DNA from: Bacteroides sp. f07
GTDB taxonomy: Bacteria; Bacteroidota; Bacteroidia; Bacteroidales; Bacteroidaceae
Direction: 5' to 3'
Length of the DNA: 40,000 nt
NCBI RefSeq assembly: GCF_042854785.1
Contig: NZ_BAABXI010000001.1
Span: 2,795,656-2,835,655, forward strand
The notes under the pieces are model-generated. The model made no database searches. It was given only the letters and a program-made list of their open reading frames with translations, and was not told where the DNA came from. Position 1 is the stretch's first letter. The number at the start of each line of letters is the position of its first letter. The position numbers and the translations under genes are program-made. Below are positions 21,571 through 32,300 of this stretch, one piece after another.

Positions 21571-23763
21571 TTAGTCAGATAAAAGAGAAAGTCGCGCCAT
21601 CAAATAGCAAACGGTGGATTCCGCTCCCTGGTTCAAATTGATATTATTTTCTTCCAGTCCGTCATAACATCCACCGGTAGCCGGATTGTAAACAATCTGG
21701 TGCAAATGATTATTTCCCAGAAACCAGTTGAAAGCATCTCTTTGCATACGAAGATATTTTTCTTCCTTAAAAACCTGATAAAACGTTTTCAAAGCAATCA
21801 CCATCCCCGCCACATCCACGGGCTGTTCGCCAAATCCATGGCTGCTCTTCCCTTTATGCATCCATCCCTGATTGGAAACCACCTGAATACGATTCCCTAC
21901 AAATACTTTCTTCAACAGGAACTCGAAAGATTCATGAGCTATTTCTTTATACTCTTCCCTGCCGATAGCCAAATGAGCCAATAACATAGCTTCCGGCAAG
22001 ATAGCGTTATCATAAGTGAGATACGTCTCAAACCATCGCCAATGAGCTTCCGCCGTCCGACGATATATCTGAGCCAGTTTGTTAGCCAACAGCCAAATGC
22101 ACGCATCAGTCTGCGCCGAAGGACATTCGCGGCTATAATAATAGAAGCCTTTAAGCATAAAAGCGATACTGCGGGGAGACTCTATCCGGTCGAACCGTTG
22201 GAAGGTACGTTTGAGAACAGCTTCAGCCTCTTCCTTCCACGGGGCGGGAAAATGTCCGGCACAAGAAATAAAATATCCCAAAGCACAAACAGCACGTCCA
22301 TTACTATCATCCAGCCCCACTTCCTGATTTTGTGAGGTGAATATTCCATCTTTATCTACATAATTCAGAAAAGAACCGTCCGGCTGCTGACAGTAACGGA
22401 TAAAGTTCAGATAGGTCTTGACATATCGTTCTTTCACTTTTCCCTGTCCCGTAGCAACCATCTGACACATCGCCATTAACGCACGTGCCGTATCATCCAA
22501 TGTATATCCGGTGGAACTGTCCGGACGATTTCCCTTCGAAAACTGGATAATACCCCACTGCCGGCTCATGCGCCGGATATGATAGGTGTCTATGGGAGGC
22601 AGGGAGTAAATCAGTTCGTCTTCGACCCTACCTGTTTTCTGGAAAAGACAGGCATAGGCAATAGCCACATTCTCCCAAGCTGTAGCTGCTGTCTTCTGCA
22701 AGCCGACAAGTTTCATCTTAGTCCGCAGCTTTTCATCGGCAAGCAGATGATTGGCAGCTTCGGACAATTGCGCAGAATTCTTAAAGTCGAAGATAATACC
22801 GGAATCATCACTCAACAATTCCAACGCATGAGGAATAGGAGTAGCTATAATCGGACATCCGCAACTCAGCGCATATACAAATGTACCGCTCACGGCCTGA
22901 TTCGGGTCGCTTGAAGTAAAAAGATACACATCCGTCAACTGCAAATATTCCAATAAGACAGGAAGTTCAAGATATTGATTGATAAAGAGCACATATTCTT
23001 CCAGATGCAACTCCTTTATTTTCGCTTCCAGGAAGTTACGATACTTCTCTCCTTCCTGTTTCAGCACTCCCGGATGCGTTTTGCCGATAATAAGAAATAT
23101 CACGGAAGGATTGGCTTCCACAATAGCCGGTAAGGCATCCAAAGTGGTCTCAATACTTTTGCCGGGACTAAGCAGGCCAAAAGTGGAAAGCACGCGTCTG
23201 CCCGACAGTTGATAGAAATCTTTTAGTTTGCTCTTGTCTCTGAACGACACTAAATGGGTTCCGTGAGGAATCACCGTGATTTTATCTTCATCCACCTGAT
23301 AATCCCGCAGGAGAATCTCGCGGGAGTTTTGCGTCATCACTACCAGATTGGCACAAGCTGCCATCATTCTTCCCACACTCCGGTACAGGGCGGGGGAAGG
23401 TTGCGATAGTACCGTATGAAAGACAAGAATCACAGGTTTGAGAAGTTGCTGCAACATTTGCAGAAAGGCTTCTTCCTGCGCTGCATATAGCCCGAATTCG
23501 TGCTGTACAAGCACCATTTTAACTTCAGAATTTTCATTCAATTGCCTGGTCAAAGCAGCATAGGCAGAAACATCCGAAGTATTAAGAACGTATTCCACAT
23601 CTTCCGTATACGTGTGTTGTTCCGTGTCGGACTCCACCGCACATATCTTTATAGAGTAAGAATCTCCAAACTTTGACAGGATAGCCCGGATTAAGTCCTG
23701 GGCAAAAGTGGCTATGCCACATTCACGAGGAGGATAAGTAGTAATACATATTATTTTTCTCAT
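21571..23763 (-). CDS. GT4-family glycosyltransferase fused to a C-terminal domain of unknown function
   Basis: 730-aa ORF. The N-terminal ~380 aa are GT4-like (MRKIICITTYPPRECGIATF...; the E-x7-E region PSLYEGFGL is replaced by TSSDPNQAVSGTFVYAL). The C-terminal ~340 aa are Trp- and Tyr-rich and helical, with no GT motif. ATGA overlap with the upstream GH130 gene. Confidence 0.7.
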   Translation of the reverse strand: MRKIICITTYPPRECGIATFAQDLIRAILSKFGDSYSIKICAVESDTEQHTYTEDVEYVLNTSDVSAYAALTRQLNENSEVKMVLVQHEFGLYAAQEEAFLQMLQQLLKPVILVFHTVLSQPSPALYRSVGRMMAACANLVVMTQNSREILLRDYQVDEDKITVIPHGTHLVSFRDKSKLKDFYQLSGRRVLSTFGLLSPGKSIETTLDALPAIVEANPSVIFLIIGKTHPGVLKQEGEKYRNFLEAKIKELHLEEYVLFINQYLELPVLLEYLQLTDVYLFTSSDPNQAVSGTFVYALSCGCPIIATPIPHALELLSDDSGIIFDFKNSAQLSEAANHLLADEKLRTKMKLVGLQKTAATAWENVAIAYACLFQKTGRVEDELIYSLPPIDTYHIRRMSRQWGIIQFSKGNRPDSSTGYTLDDTARALMAMCQMVATGQGKVKERYVKTYLNFIRYCQQPDGSFLNYVDKDGIFTSQNQEVGLDDSNGRAVCALGYFISCAGHFPAPWKEEAEAVLKRTFQRFDRIESPRSIAFMLKGFYYYSRECPSAQTDACIWLLANKLAQIYRRTAEAHWRWFETYLTYDNAILPEAMLLAHLAIGREEYKEIAHESFEFLLKKVFVGNRIQVVSNQGWMHKGKSSHGFGEQPVDVAGMVIALKTFYQVFKEEKYLRMQRDAFNWFLGNNHLHQIVYNPATGGCYDGLEENNINLNQGAESTVCYLMARLSLLSD

Positions 23764-24791
23764 TTGATTTGTTTTATTAATTCATCCAATAACTCTGTCA
23801 GTTGTACTGACACGCAAGCCACATATTTGTCGGCTGCTCCATAATAGATGTAGAGAGTGTCGCCAAACAAGGCAGTGCCCGTGGGGAAACAAACTCTGTT
23901 GACTACGCCGGACAGTTCATATTCTGTCGCAGGCGTGAACAACGGATAAGGCAAACGGGATATTTCAATAGCCGGATTGTCTATATCCAACAAAGCCGCG
24001 CAAGCGGAATAAACATAACCGGAAGGAGTATCATACACACTGTGATAAATCAGCAGCCACCCCACGCCCGTCTCTATCGGGGGACATCCGGCTCCGATGT
24101 AACTCGACTCATGGTCGTGATAGGGAGCCAGCAGGATACGTTTGGCAAAATTCTGATAGTATCTTTTCCAGAACTCTTTCGTCAGCATATCAAGACGTTC
24201 TACCGCCACATACTGGATATCAGGACGGATACGATGCATAAAGTAAAACTTCCCATTGATTTTACGGGGAAAGAATACTACATTCTTATCCATCATATAA
24301 AGCGGATGTCCTTTCTCATTTGTCGCTTCCCGCTTATTGCCGGAACGGAAATACTTGCTGATGATAGCCTGTTGGGTACGAAGCATTTCCCGGAATTGCG
24401 GATAGGTTATCTGGGAAGTAATAATGCCCTTTTTCTCGAAATGCCTCAAATCGGAAGAAACTGCCAAGGCTCCCACAGCACTATATCCATCATAGGCTGT
24501 ATAAGTGAGATAATAGAGGTCTTCTATTTTCACAATTCGGGGGTCTTCCACTCCTTGGCACTCATAATCAAACTCGGAAGCCAACAGGGGAACCGTATCC
24601 CTCTCTACTACAGTCAAAGGGCCTTCAAGCCGGCAATAACCGATGGATGAATAATTTCCTTTTTTTACTGCACGATAAAACATATGCACCGTATTTCCTT
24701 CGGCAATCACCGCCGGATTCATCACACCTTCGTTTTCAAACTCAAGTGAAGTACCTTCCAAAATAATACCTTCTCTTTTTACTCGCACCAT
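23760..24791 (-). CDS. GH130 (DUF377/PF04041-type) glycoside phosphorylase/hydrolase-like protein
   Basis: 343-aa ORF. GVMNPAVI...HMFYRAV...IGYCRL...GVEDPRIVKIEDLYYLTYTAYDG...ALAVSSDL fits the 5-bladed propeller family signature. Confidence 0.7.
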   Translation of the reverse strand: MVRVKREGIILEGTSLEFENEGVMNPAVIAEGNTVHMFYRAVKKGNYSSIGYCRLEGPLTVVERDTVPLLASEFDYECQGVEDPRIVKIEDLYYLTYTAYDGYSAVGALAVSSDLRHFEKKGIITSQITYPQFREMLRTQQAIISKYFRSGNKREATNEKGHPLYMMDKNVVFFPRKINGKFYFMHRIRPDIQYVAVERLDMLTKEFWKRYYQNFAKRILLAPYHDHESSYIGAGCPPIETGVGWLLIYHSVYDTPSGYVYSACAALLDIDNPAIEISRLPYPLFTPATEYELSGVVNRVCFPTGTALFGDTLYIYYGAADKYVACVSVQLTELLDELIKQIK

Positions 24792-25076
24792 TATGCCTTG
24801 GGTATTATGCTCATTCCTTTGTCACTCTTACTCTGCTTTTCTCTCTGATAATCAGTCAGTACTTTAATCTTCTTGTCCGATTTTCCTTTCTTTGCTTCTC
24901 TTTTTTTCTCTTGACCTTTCATAATTCATTTCTTTTTTAGGATAGTTTATATTCGGGGATAAAATAGACGGGATTTCCTTTCTTGCAAGTTACGGTATTA
25001 ATTCCCGGAAATACGACAAACTTCTGATTATTATTCTTTTATAACAGTAAAGGACATTAAGCAGAAAGACAAGACA

Positions 25077-25114
25077 TAGAAAAGGCAACTAATCCATAAT
25101 TTGAAGTAGTTGCC
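25077..25114 (-). terminator. Rho-independent terminator after the PKD/LamG gene
   Basis: The 8-bp perfect stem GGCAACTA (25084-25091) / TAGTTGCC (25107-25114) is followed on the minus strand by TTTTCT. Confidence 0.5.
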
Positions 25115-25146
25115 TTTAATTAAAAATTGCAGAAGTATTATATTTC

Positions 25147-26691
25147 TTATTTCATACTATCATAAAGTGCTTTTGCTTCCGCTGCCGTGAATGCACGGTT
25201 ATACACCAGATAATCATCTATATAGCCATCCATAAAGTTTTCATAAGAACGAGAACCCTCTGCTCCTCTATACATTGCACCGATAAAATAAGGTTTCCGG
25301 TCAATAGGTTTCAAGCCTTTATTGAGTGCTTCCGCTTCTTTTACCCCGTCAATATACAAATAAGTGCTTCCATTGGCATGCACACATACATAATGATGCC
25401 ACTCTCCATCCGTCATAGCTTTTGTCTTATAATCGGTCCAGTTTCCGGAAAGACCTGTATACTCAATGACGTATCTTATGAACGGATTGGACTTCTGAAA
25501 CCTGAACCAAGTCTGCTTATTCTTTCCATCTGCACTGGCATTAGGACCAGATCCATGCTGGAATACACCTATATTAGTAGCTGTCTTATTCGATGTTTTC
25601 ACCCAGAAAGAGGTAGTCACCGGAGTGGCCTGGAAGTCTAATGCATCATTATCCGGCAACGACAAGAAAGCATAATTCTGATTATCCTTACTTCTGAACT
25701 CGGCACAAGTAAATCCTTCCTTACGGGCAGGTGCATTAAAGTTGACATCCATATTATCTCCCAGTTTAAGAACTTCCGGATGAATGCCATTAGGACCCAT
25801 ATCTTTACTGTCACCCTCAAACGGATAGAAAAGAACAATATCTTTACCAGGCAATACAGTGATATATCCTTCCTGCTCGGCTGTAGAAGTATTCATATCA
25901 TTAGAAGCGACTAAAGTAACTTTATACCTACCGGCAGTTGAATAAGCGACAGTCGGATTCTGCTCATTGGAAGTAGAGGGCGTTCCACCTTCAAATGTCC
26001 AGTTCCAGTGAGTAGGACGTCCCAAGCTGGCATCTTTGAATGATACGGTTTCACCTTCTATAACCATACACCGGTCTGCCGTGACGTCTGCCGCTACTGA
26101 GTTCTTATCAATAATATTCAGATAGTTCTCTTTTGTAAGCGTAGCCGTCGTCTTGGGATTAGTAACGGTCAACTTCACAGAGTAGACTCCCGGTTCAAAT
26201 ACCAGACTCGGATTCTGTTCTGTCGATGTAACGGTACGACCTTCTGTAGGAATAAATTCCCACAACCAGGTAGACGGGAAGCCTATGGACAAATCCGTGA
26301 AACCAATAGTCTCATCACTCAATGCCTGGGTTTTATTGGATTTAAAAGCTACAGTAATTTCATCAGGATAGACAACAGTTATATATTGCTGTATCTCTGT
26401 TTCTGCATTGTCAGTCCCCCGGCCTACTCTTAATTTCACGGTATAAGTTCCCGGATAATTATATACAATTTCCGGGCTGAACAAGTTAGACACACTGGGT
26501 TCACCACCCTCAAAAGCCCAGTCCCATCGTACAGGCTCTCCGGCAGACTTATCCATAAAACAGACCTTCTCCCCGGCAGATATGGTTTGCTTGTCTGAAA
26601 TAAAATCTGCATTCAACAGTACTTGTTCTTCGTCTTTGCAGGCATAAAAGCCCCCTACACATACGAGCAAGAAATATATTATCTTTTTCAT
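25147..26691 (-). CDS. Surface lipoprotein with repeated PKD-like domains and C-terminal LamG/concanavalin-like domain
   Basis: Lipoprotein signal MKKIIYFLLVCVGGFYAC. Three or four repeats match the pattern F.D.S.G.P..W.W.F.GG.P..S..QNP...Y...G.Y.V.L. The C-terminal region has the laminin-G-like pattern (GEWHHYVCV...GSTYLYIDG). Confidence 0.75.
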   Translation of the reverse strand: MKKIIYFLLVCVGGFYACKDEEQVLLNADFISDKQTISAGEKVCFMDKSAGEPVRWDWAFEGGEPSVSNLFSPEIVYNYPGTYTVKLRVGRGTDNAETEIQQYITVVYPDEITVAFKSNKTQALSDETIGFTDLSIGFPSTWLWEFIPTEGRTVTSTEQNPSLVFEPGVYSVKLTVTNPKTTATLTKENYLNIIDKNSVAADVTADRCMVIEGETVSFKDASLGRPTHWNWTFEGGTPSTSNEQNPTVAYSTAGRYKVTLVASNDMNTSTAEQEGYITVLPGKDIVLFYPFEGDSKDMGPNGIHPEVLKLGDNMDVNFNAPARKEGFTCAEFRSKDNQNYAFLSLPDNDALDFQATPVTTSFWVKTSNKTATNIGVFQHGSGPNASADGKNKQTWFRFQKSNPFIRYVIEYTGLSGNWTDYKTKAMTDGEWHHYVCVHANGSTYLYIDGVKEAEALNKGLKPIDRKPYFIGAMYRGAEGSRSYENFMDGYIDDYLVYNRAFTAAEAKALYDSMK

Positions 26692-26722
26692 ATCAATCTA
26701 TTTTTTAATTCTATGCATTGTT

Positions 26723-27832
26723 TTATTGCAACTGTGACAACTCAACATTCTGAAAAGCAATACCGCCGATATTCTTGAATCCATATTCATATAACACTCC
26801 AATCGTACCGTCAGGATAACGGGCAATATCAGAATATCCTCCATAATCACTGCCTGTATAGGAATATTGCTTCTTCCAGGTTACGCCGTCGTCCTCGCTC
26901 ATCTTCAACGTATTATTATTGCGATTGGTCTGGCTATCCGGATTCGAGAACAAAATAATTCCTTTACCATCATCTCCCAAACCGTAAAAGAGTATGGAAC
27001 CCTGACATATCGGCTCTTTCAATGTAGTGTACTTACACGGACTCCATGTCAGTCCACCATCCGTACTGGTGGAAACCATTCTATATTTCTCTGTATTGGA
27101 CTGCTTACGCATATTCAGCATTAAATCACCGTTACTTAATTCGGTTACGGTACTTTCATTCGTATAGTCCACGTCCATGATACCACCCAAATGCCAGGTT
27201 TCCCCTTTATCATCCGAGTATATCACATGAGAACGCCCCGCACCGGAAGTAGTGGTATTGTGATTACACGGAACCACAATTCTCCCCTTATGAGGTTCAA
27301 ACTGTTTTACTATTCCATGACAAGGTCCCGTAGCATACCATCTGTATTTGTCAGGGGTGACGGAAGCGGTTATGTCTTTTTCTTTTGCCCATGTCAATCC
27401 CTCATCATCCGAATAAGTCATAAATATGGAATTAGTCCCCGTTGCTCCCGGATTCCAGCAAGATAATAAAATGACGCGATTGATATCCGGAAGATAAATA
27501 GGCACTTGATTACGGCAACGATTTTCGCCATCATCCTTGACCGTTATCAACGGTCCCCAAGTCTTCCCTTTATCTGTAGAACGCTTTAATACGATGTCGA
27601 TATCCCCTTCATCTTCAGGTCCATTACGACGTCCCTCGGCAAATGCCAATATCGTGCCACTATTAGTAATCACCATAGTGGGAATTCTGAAATAAGCATA
27701 TCCTTCCCTATTGATAGAATAAGGCTTGCTTGTGGGAACCGGTAAAGAAGATATGCTCGGCTCCACATCATTGCATGCTGTCGATATAAACAACAGGCAC
27801 ACCCATACAAATATTAAGTTTAAATTCTTCAT
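26723..27832 (-). CDS. GH33 exo-alpha-sialidase (compact, lipoprotein)
   Basis: Lipobox LFISTAC. FRIP-like YFRIPTM. Five Asp-boxes: STDKGKTW, SDDEGLTW, SDDKGETW, STDGGLTW, SEDDGVTW. Confidence 0.85.
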   Translation of the reverse strand: MKNLNLIFVWVCLLFISTACNDVEPSISSLPVPTSKPYSINREGYAYFRIPTMVITNSGTILAFAEGRRNGPEDEGDIDIVLKRSTDKGKTWGPLITVKDDGENRCRNQVPIYLPDINRVILLSCWNPGATGTNSIFMTYSDDEGLTWAKEKDITASVTPDKYRWYATGPCHGIVKQFEPHKGRIVVPCNHNTTTSGAGRSHVIYSDDKGETWHLGGIMDVDYTNESTVTELSNGDLMLNMRKQSNTEKYRMVSTSTDGGLTWSPCKYTTLKEPICQGSILFYGLGDDGKGIILFSNPDSQTNRNNNTLKMSEDDGVTWKKQYSYTGSDYGGYSDIARYPDGTIGVLYEYGFKNIGGIAFQNVELSQLQ

Positions 27833-27844
27833 TGCTTCTACTTT

Positions 27845-29305
27845 TTAATAACCGTCAGTTTGTTCCAAATTAGGATTCAAGTCAATCATCTTCTTCAAAA
27901 TCGGGAAATACAATGGAGTGGATTTACCAACCAGATTAGGTATATAACTATAAATATCAATAGTACCCGCATGGTGCGCCCGCATCAAGTCAGGCCAACG
28001 TTTCAACTCAAAACATAATTCCCTGCCCCGTTCGTCCAATATTTCTTTCTGCACTACTTTCTGATCCATGCTTCCGGTATAAGCTCCGATTCCGGCACGA
28101 TTACGGGTAGAGAACATGGCATCAATAGCCTTTTGTACATTGTCACCACCCAGGTAACATAACAATTCCGCTTTCAGCAATTTGACTTCGCCCAAACGAT
28201 AGACTACGATATCATTATCATAATAACGGTCGTCAGTATAAGCTGTCCCCCGAAATTTGTTCTGTGAAGTAAAGACTACCGCCCCTTTTGAATTTATGGC
28301 ATTGATGTACGCTGACGAAGCCCGGTTGTCCTTATCACTAAAAAGTGAAATCAGACGAGGAGACGGAGCATACACATGGCGGGCTATTGTGGAATTAGTA
28401 TACGGAATGTCTTCTTTGTTCACGATATCGTTAGTCAGCAGTCCGGCTGCGGCAGACATGGACAACGTAGACATATACATATTGTTATATTCATCTTTCT
28501 TCAGATAAATAGAGAAAATGATTTCGCTGTTCTTCTTGTTTGCCACATCGAAAATATCCGCATATTTATCCATCATACTCACTCCACACTTTTCCACTTC
28601 TTCCAATGCGGAAATTGCATCCGTCAAGTCATTCTTGTCATTACTCTTCTGAACTGTATATTTCCATGCCAACGCTTCTGCTTTCAGACATAATGCAGCA
28701 GGTCTTGAAATCCGGTTCTTATCCAGAATATTCGTTTCCGGGAACAAGTCGATTGCAGTCCGGACGTCTGAAAGAATTTGCGTCATCACTTCAGAAGCCG
28801 CATTACGCGCCGGACGTGATTCCTTATCATAGGATTCCGTCGGATTTAAAACAATAGGCACGTCTCCCCACATCTGAGTTAAAGTGAGGTAAGCCTTTGC
28901 CCTGAAAGTATATGCCTGCGCCAAAATACGTTTCTTCTCATTTTCCAATGTAAAGTCAATTCCCGGAGCATATTTGATTATCATATTACAATGATGAATG
29001 TTCTCATAGAAAGTACGCCAGTCCAATCCATATTCTTCATTCAACTCATGCTGATGCGAACGCGAAACGCCGCCAATCACTCCCGATACCATAGCATCTC
29101 CACGGTCTTCTCCATACAGAGTAGTACTAGTCATTCCTCTATAATCCGAATAAAGACCATTCAGGTAACCTTTCACGTCAGATTCCGCTTTCCAATAATT
29201 TGCCATAGTTATTTCAGAAATAGGCTCTATCTCCAAAATAGATTCACAACTACCCAAACTGCAGGCAGCCATTATACTAAACATTATTAATTTAGTTCTC
29301 ATCAT
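27845..29305 (-). CDS. SusD/RagB-family nutrient-binding outer-membrane lipoprotein
   Basis: 486-aa ORF directly downstream of SusC. Lipoprotein signal (...AACSLGSC). TPR-like helical composition typical of SusD. Confidence 0.85.
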   Translation of the reverse strand: MMRTKLIMFSIMAACSLGSCESILEIEPISEITMANYWKAESDVKGYLNGLYSDYRGMTSTTLYGEDRGDAMVSGVIGGVSRSHQHELNEEYGLDWRTFYENIHHCNMIIKYAPGIDFTLENEKKRILAQAYTFRAKAYLTLTQMWGDVPIVLNPTESYDKESRPARNAASEVMTQILSDVRTAIDLFPETNILDKNRISRPAALCLKAEALAWKYTVQKSNDKNDLTDAISALEEVEKCGVSMMDKYADIFDVANKKNSEIIFSIYLKKDEYNNMYMSTLSMSAAAGLLTNDIVNKEDIPYTNSTIARHVYAPSPRLISLFSDKDNRASSAYINAINSKGAVVFTSQNKFRGTAYTDDRYYDNDIVVYRLGEVKLLKAELLCYLGGDNVQKAIDAMFSTRNRAGIGAYTGSMDQKVVQKEILDERGRELCFELKRWPDLMRAHHAGTIDIYSYIPNLVGKSTPLYFPILKKMIDLNPNLEQTDGY

Positions 29306-29319
29306 CGTTTACTTTAATG

Positions 29320-32300
29320 TTACATTGTAAATTTTACAGAGAATATAAACTGGCGCGGGCGGGAATATTTACCGGCATCAGCACCAATTACCTCAGGAGT
29401 AAGTCCGTCATAGGCAGTCCAATATCCTAAATTATAGACAGCAGCCGTCAAGTCCAACGTTTCAATCTTAGCGGCACGCAACCACTTGGTACGTAACGGA
29501 TACGACAGGGAGACTTCACGAAATGCCAGATAGTCACCTTTCTTTATATATAAAGTATTGGCACTACCACCGCTAAAACCAATTGTCGAGCTGCTTGGAC
29601 GACCATGGTTACGCTTTCCATTGTCCCAGTCGGACTCCACATCATAACGGGGAATAGAAGCTATATCACCCGGCTTGTGCCACATCTTGCTACTGGCTAC
29701 ATCATGAATCGTTGCAAAGTTATTCCGTGAATTTGCGTTCGCCTGTGCCCTGAAATGGTTATCAATCACATTACCTAACGAAAAGTCCGTAGCAATCCGT
29801 AAAGTAAAATTCTTGTAAGTGAAAGTATTATTGAAAGACCCCATCTTATCTGGATGAATATAACCTACGAACACCATGTCTTTGGAGTTGATGATACCAT
29901 TTCCATCCACATCACGCCAGATTGCATCACCGGCACATTTTCCTTTACCCAGCCATCCGGAAGATACTCCTTCATCATATGGAGCATTGGCCGCATCCTC
30001 ATCCGTAGAATAAACTCCGTCCAACTGATAAGCAAAGCGGGAACCGAAGCGCTCTCCTTCCGCAAATCCGCCAACCTCAACATATTTTCCCAACTTCGGG
30101 TCGAAAATGATTCCGCCACCGGTACGATTCTTATCTGCACCATTATTGGGCAATTTACCGATTGTTGTTCTCCAAATCGAGAAGTTGGCATCTATATTCC
30201 AACGGAAATCATGAGTTTGTATCGGAATCGCATTGATAGCGATTTCCACCCCTTTCGTGTTCAAAGAACCGAAATTGGACTTGATGGAAGCAAATCCCGT
30301 TTCCGACCATAAGTTCTCGTTCAACAAACGGTTTGTTGTCTTTTTATAATAGGCATCGAAAGACAGATTGATGCGGTTATTCAGGAAACCGGCTTCAAGC
30401 CCCAAATCGGTTGAGGTTGTTTCTTCCCATAACAGATTACGGTTCATAAGCACCGTATTCAAGATACCTGCTTCGCCTGCATAGTTCTTACCGGCTTCAT
30501 AAGAGCCTTCCGTATTTTCGAGCGCAAGATTGTCATATCCTGTTTTTCCCCAACTGGCTCTAAGTTTCAAATTGCTGACTACTTTCGACAAAGGTTCAAA
30601 GAAAGCTTCACGATGCATGTTCCATCCGGCAGATACACCCGGAAAAGCTGCAAACTTGTGATTGGCCGCAAAGTGGGAAGAACCGTCATAACGGATACTT
30701 GCAGAAAACAGGTATTTCATATCATAATTGTAATTGACACGTCCAAAGTAACTGTTCATCTTCTTCTCCTCAAAAGTGGAAGTAGTCTTGGCTGATTCAG
30801 CCGCAATACCGTTCAGTGTTTCAATATAATCCGATGTACCGCCATAACCGGAGCCGCTGAAACGATACCAGTTATCATAAATATAGTTGCCACCGGCCAT
30901 CAAATCCAAATTATGCTTATCCTTTATTGTCTTCGTATAGTTCAAAATAAGGTCATACTGATAATGCAGGTCCATATTATGCGCTTCGGACACCGGTCTG
31001 TTCTTCACCACTTCATTGTATCTTTCGAAATTATGGTCTTTACCTTCATTATTGGTGTACGAGAACATGGGTTTGAGATGCAGTCCCGGAATAATTTCCC
31101 AATCCAGTTCGGCAGAAAGATTGATTCGGCTCACCCTGTTTTCCTTTTCCTGATAATAAACTTCATGCAGACGAGTACGGAATGAGCTTGTCAGCTCACC
31201 CGGAGCCGGAGTTCCGTCTTCATAATATTGGCGTACCGTAGGTGGCATCTTGGCAGCCCGCGACATTACATTGTTCTCGTTAATGCCCGCTGTTGTTCTC
31301 ATGGAGTAGTTTACCATACCTCTTACTGTAAGGTTCTTGCGAATCTTGTACGAAGCATTTGTCAGAAAACTCCAACGATTGTAATTAGTACCTACAACAA
31401 TACCGTCTTGAGTAAGATAACCCAAACTCATATAGTAAGTCGCTTTCTCGTTACCCCCGCTGAAGTTTATATTAAAATCATGATTGACCGGTGTCTGGAA
31501 GAGATTATCCTGAAAGTCCGTTTCCTTAAAAATCAACATCTTGCCGGGATTGGCAGGGTCTTCCATCATCTCCCACCCCTGGTTATACAACAGATCCTCT
31601 ACATACCCCTGACCATAATTAGTTATATAGTCATCCAGAAAAGCGGTCGTATTCAAAGCATTCCGTTTGTTGGCAGTGCTCATTGCAAACGTGCCTGACA
31701 GATATTTATCCGGGTCGGTTGTATGTAGCGCAGCCGTACGGGTTGCGGTAAGATACTCACGGGCACCGGACAACGGCATTCTTTTCGGCTGGTGGTCTAC
31801 AGACAATCCATAGCTGAAAGAGATGCTTCCTTTACCTGCTTTTCCCTGTTTGGTCGTAATCATAACGATACCACGGGAAGCCTTTGAACCATAAATAGCT
31901 GTCGAAGCTGCGTCTTTCAGTACTTGTATCGTTTCTATATCCGCATAATTAATATCCTTCATAGTACGAATCACACCATCAATGATTACCATAGGAGAAT
32001 CACTTTCAGGTGCGGTAGTCGTTCCGCCGCGTACTATAATCTGAGGATCGGATCCCGGCTGGCCGGAATTTACACGGATTTCCATTCCCGGTACTTTACC
32101 CTGCAACATTGACATCGGATTTCCTGTCGGTGAAATTGCCATATCTTTTGAATCCACCTTAGTGATGGCACTCGTCAATGCTGTCTTAGACTGTTTACCA
32201 TACCCGATAACAACAACATCCGACAAGGCAACCGAACTGCTTTTCATCGTCACCAGGATGTTGCTCCGCCCCTTCACCGGTATTTCCAGTTTTTCCATTC

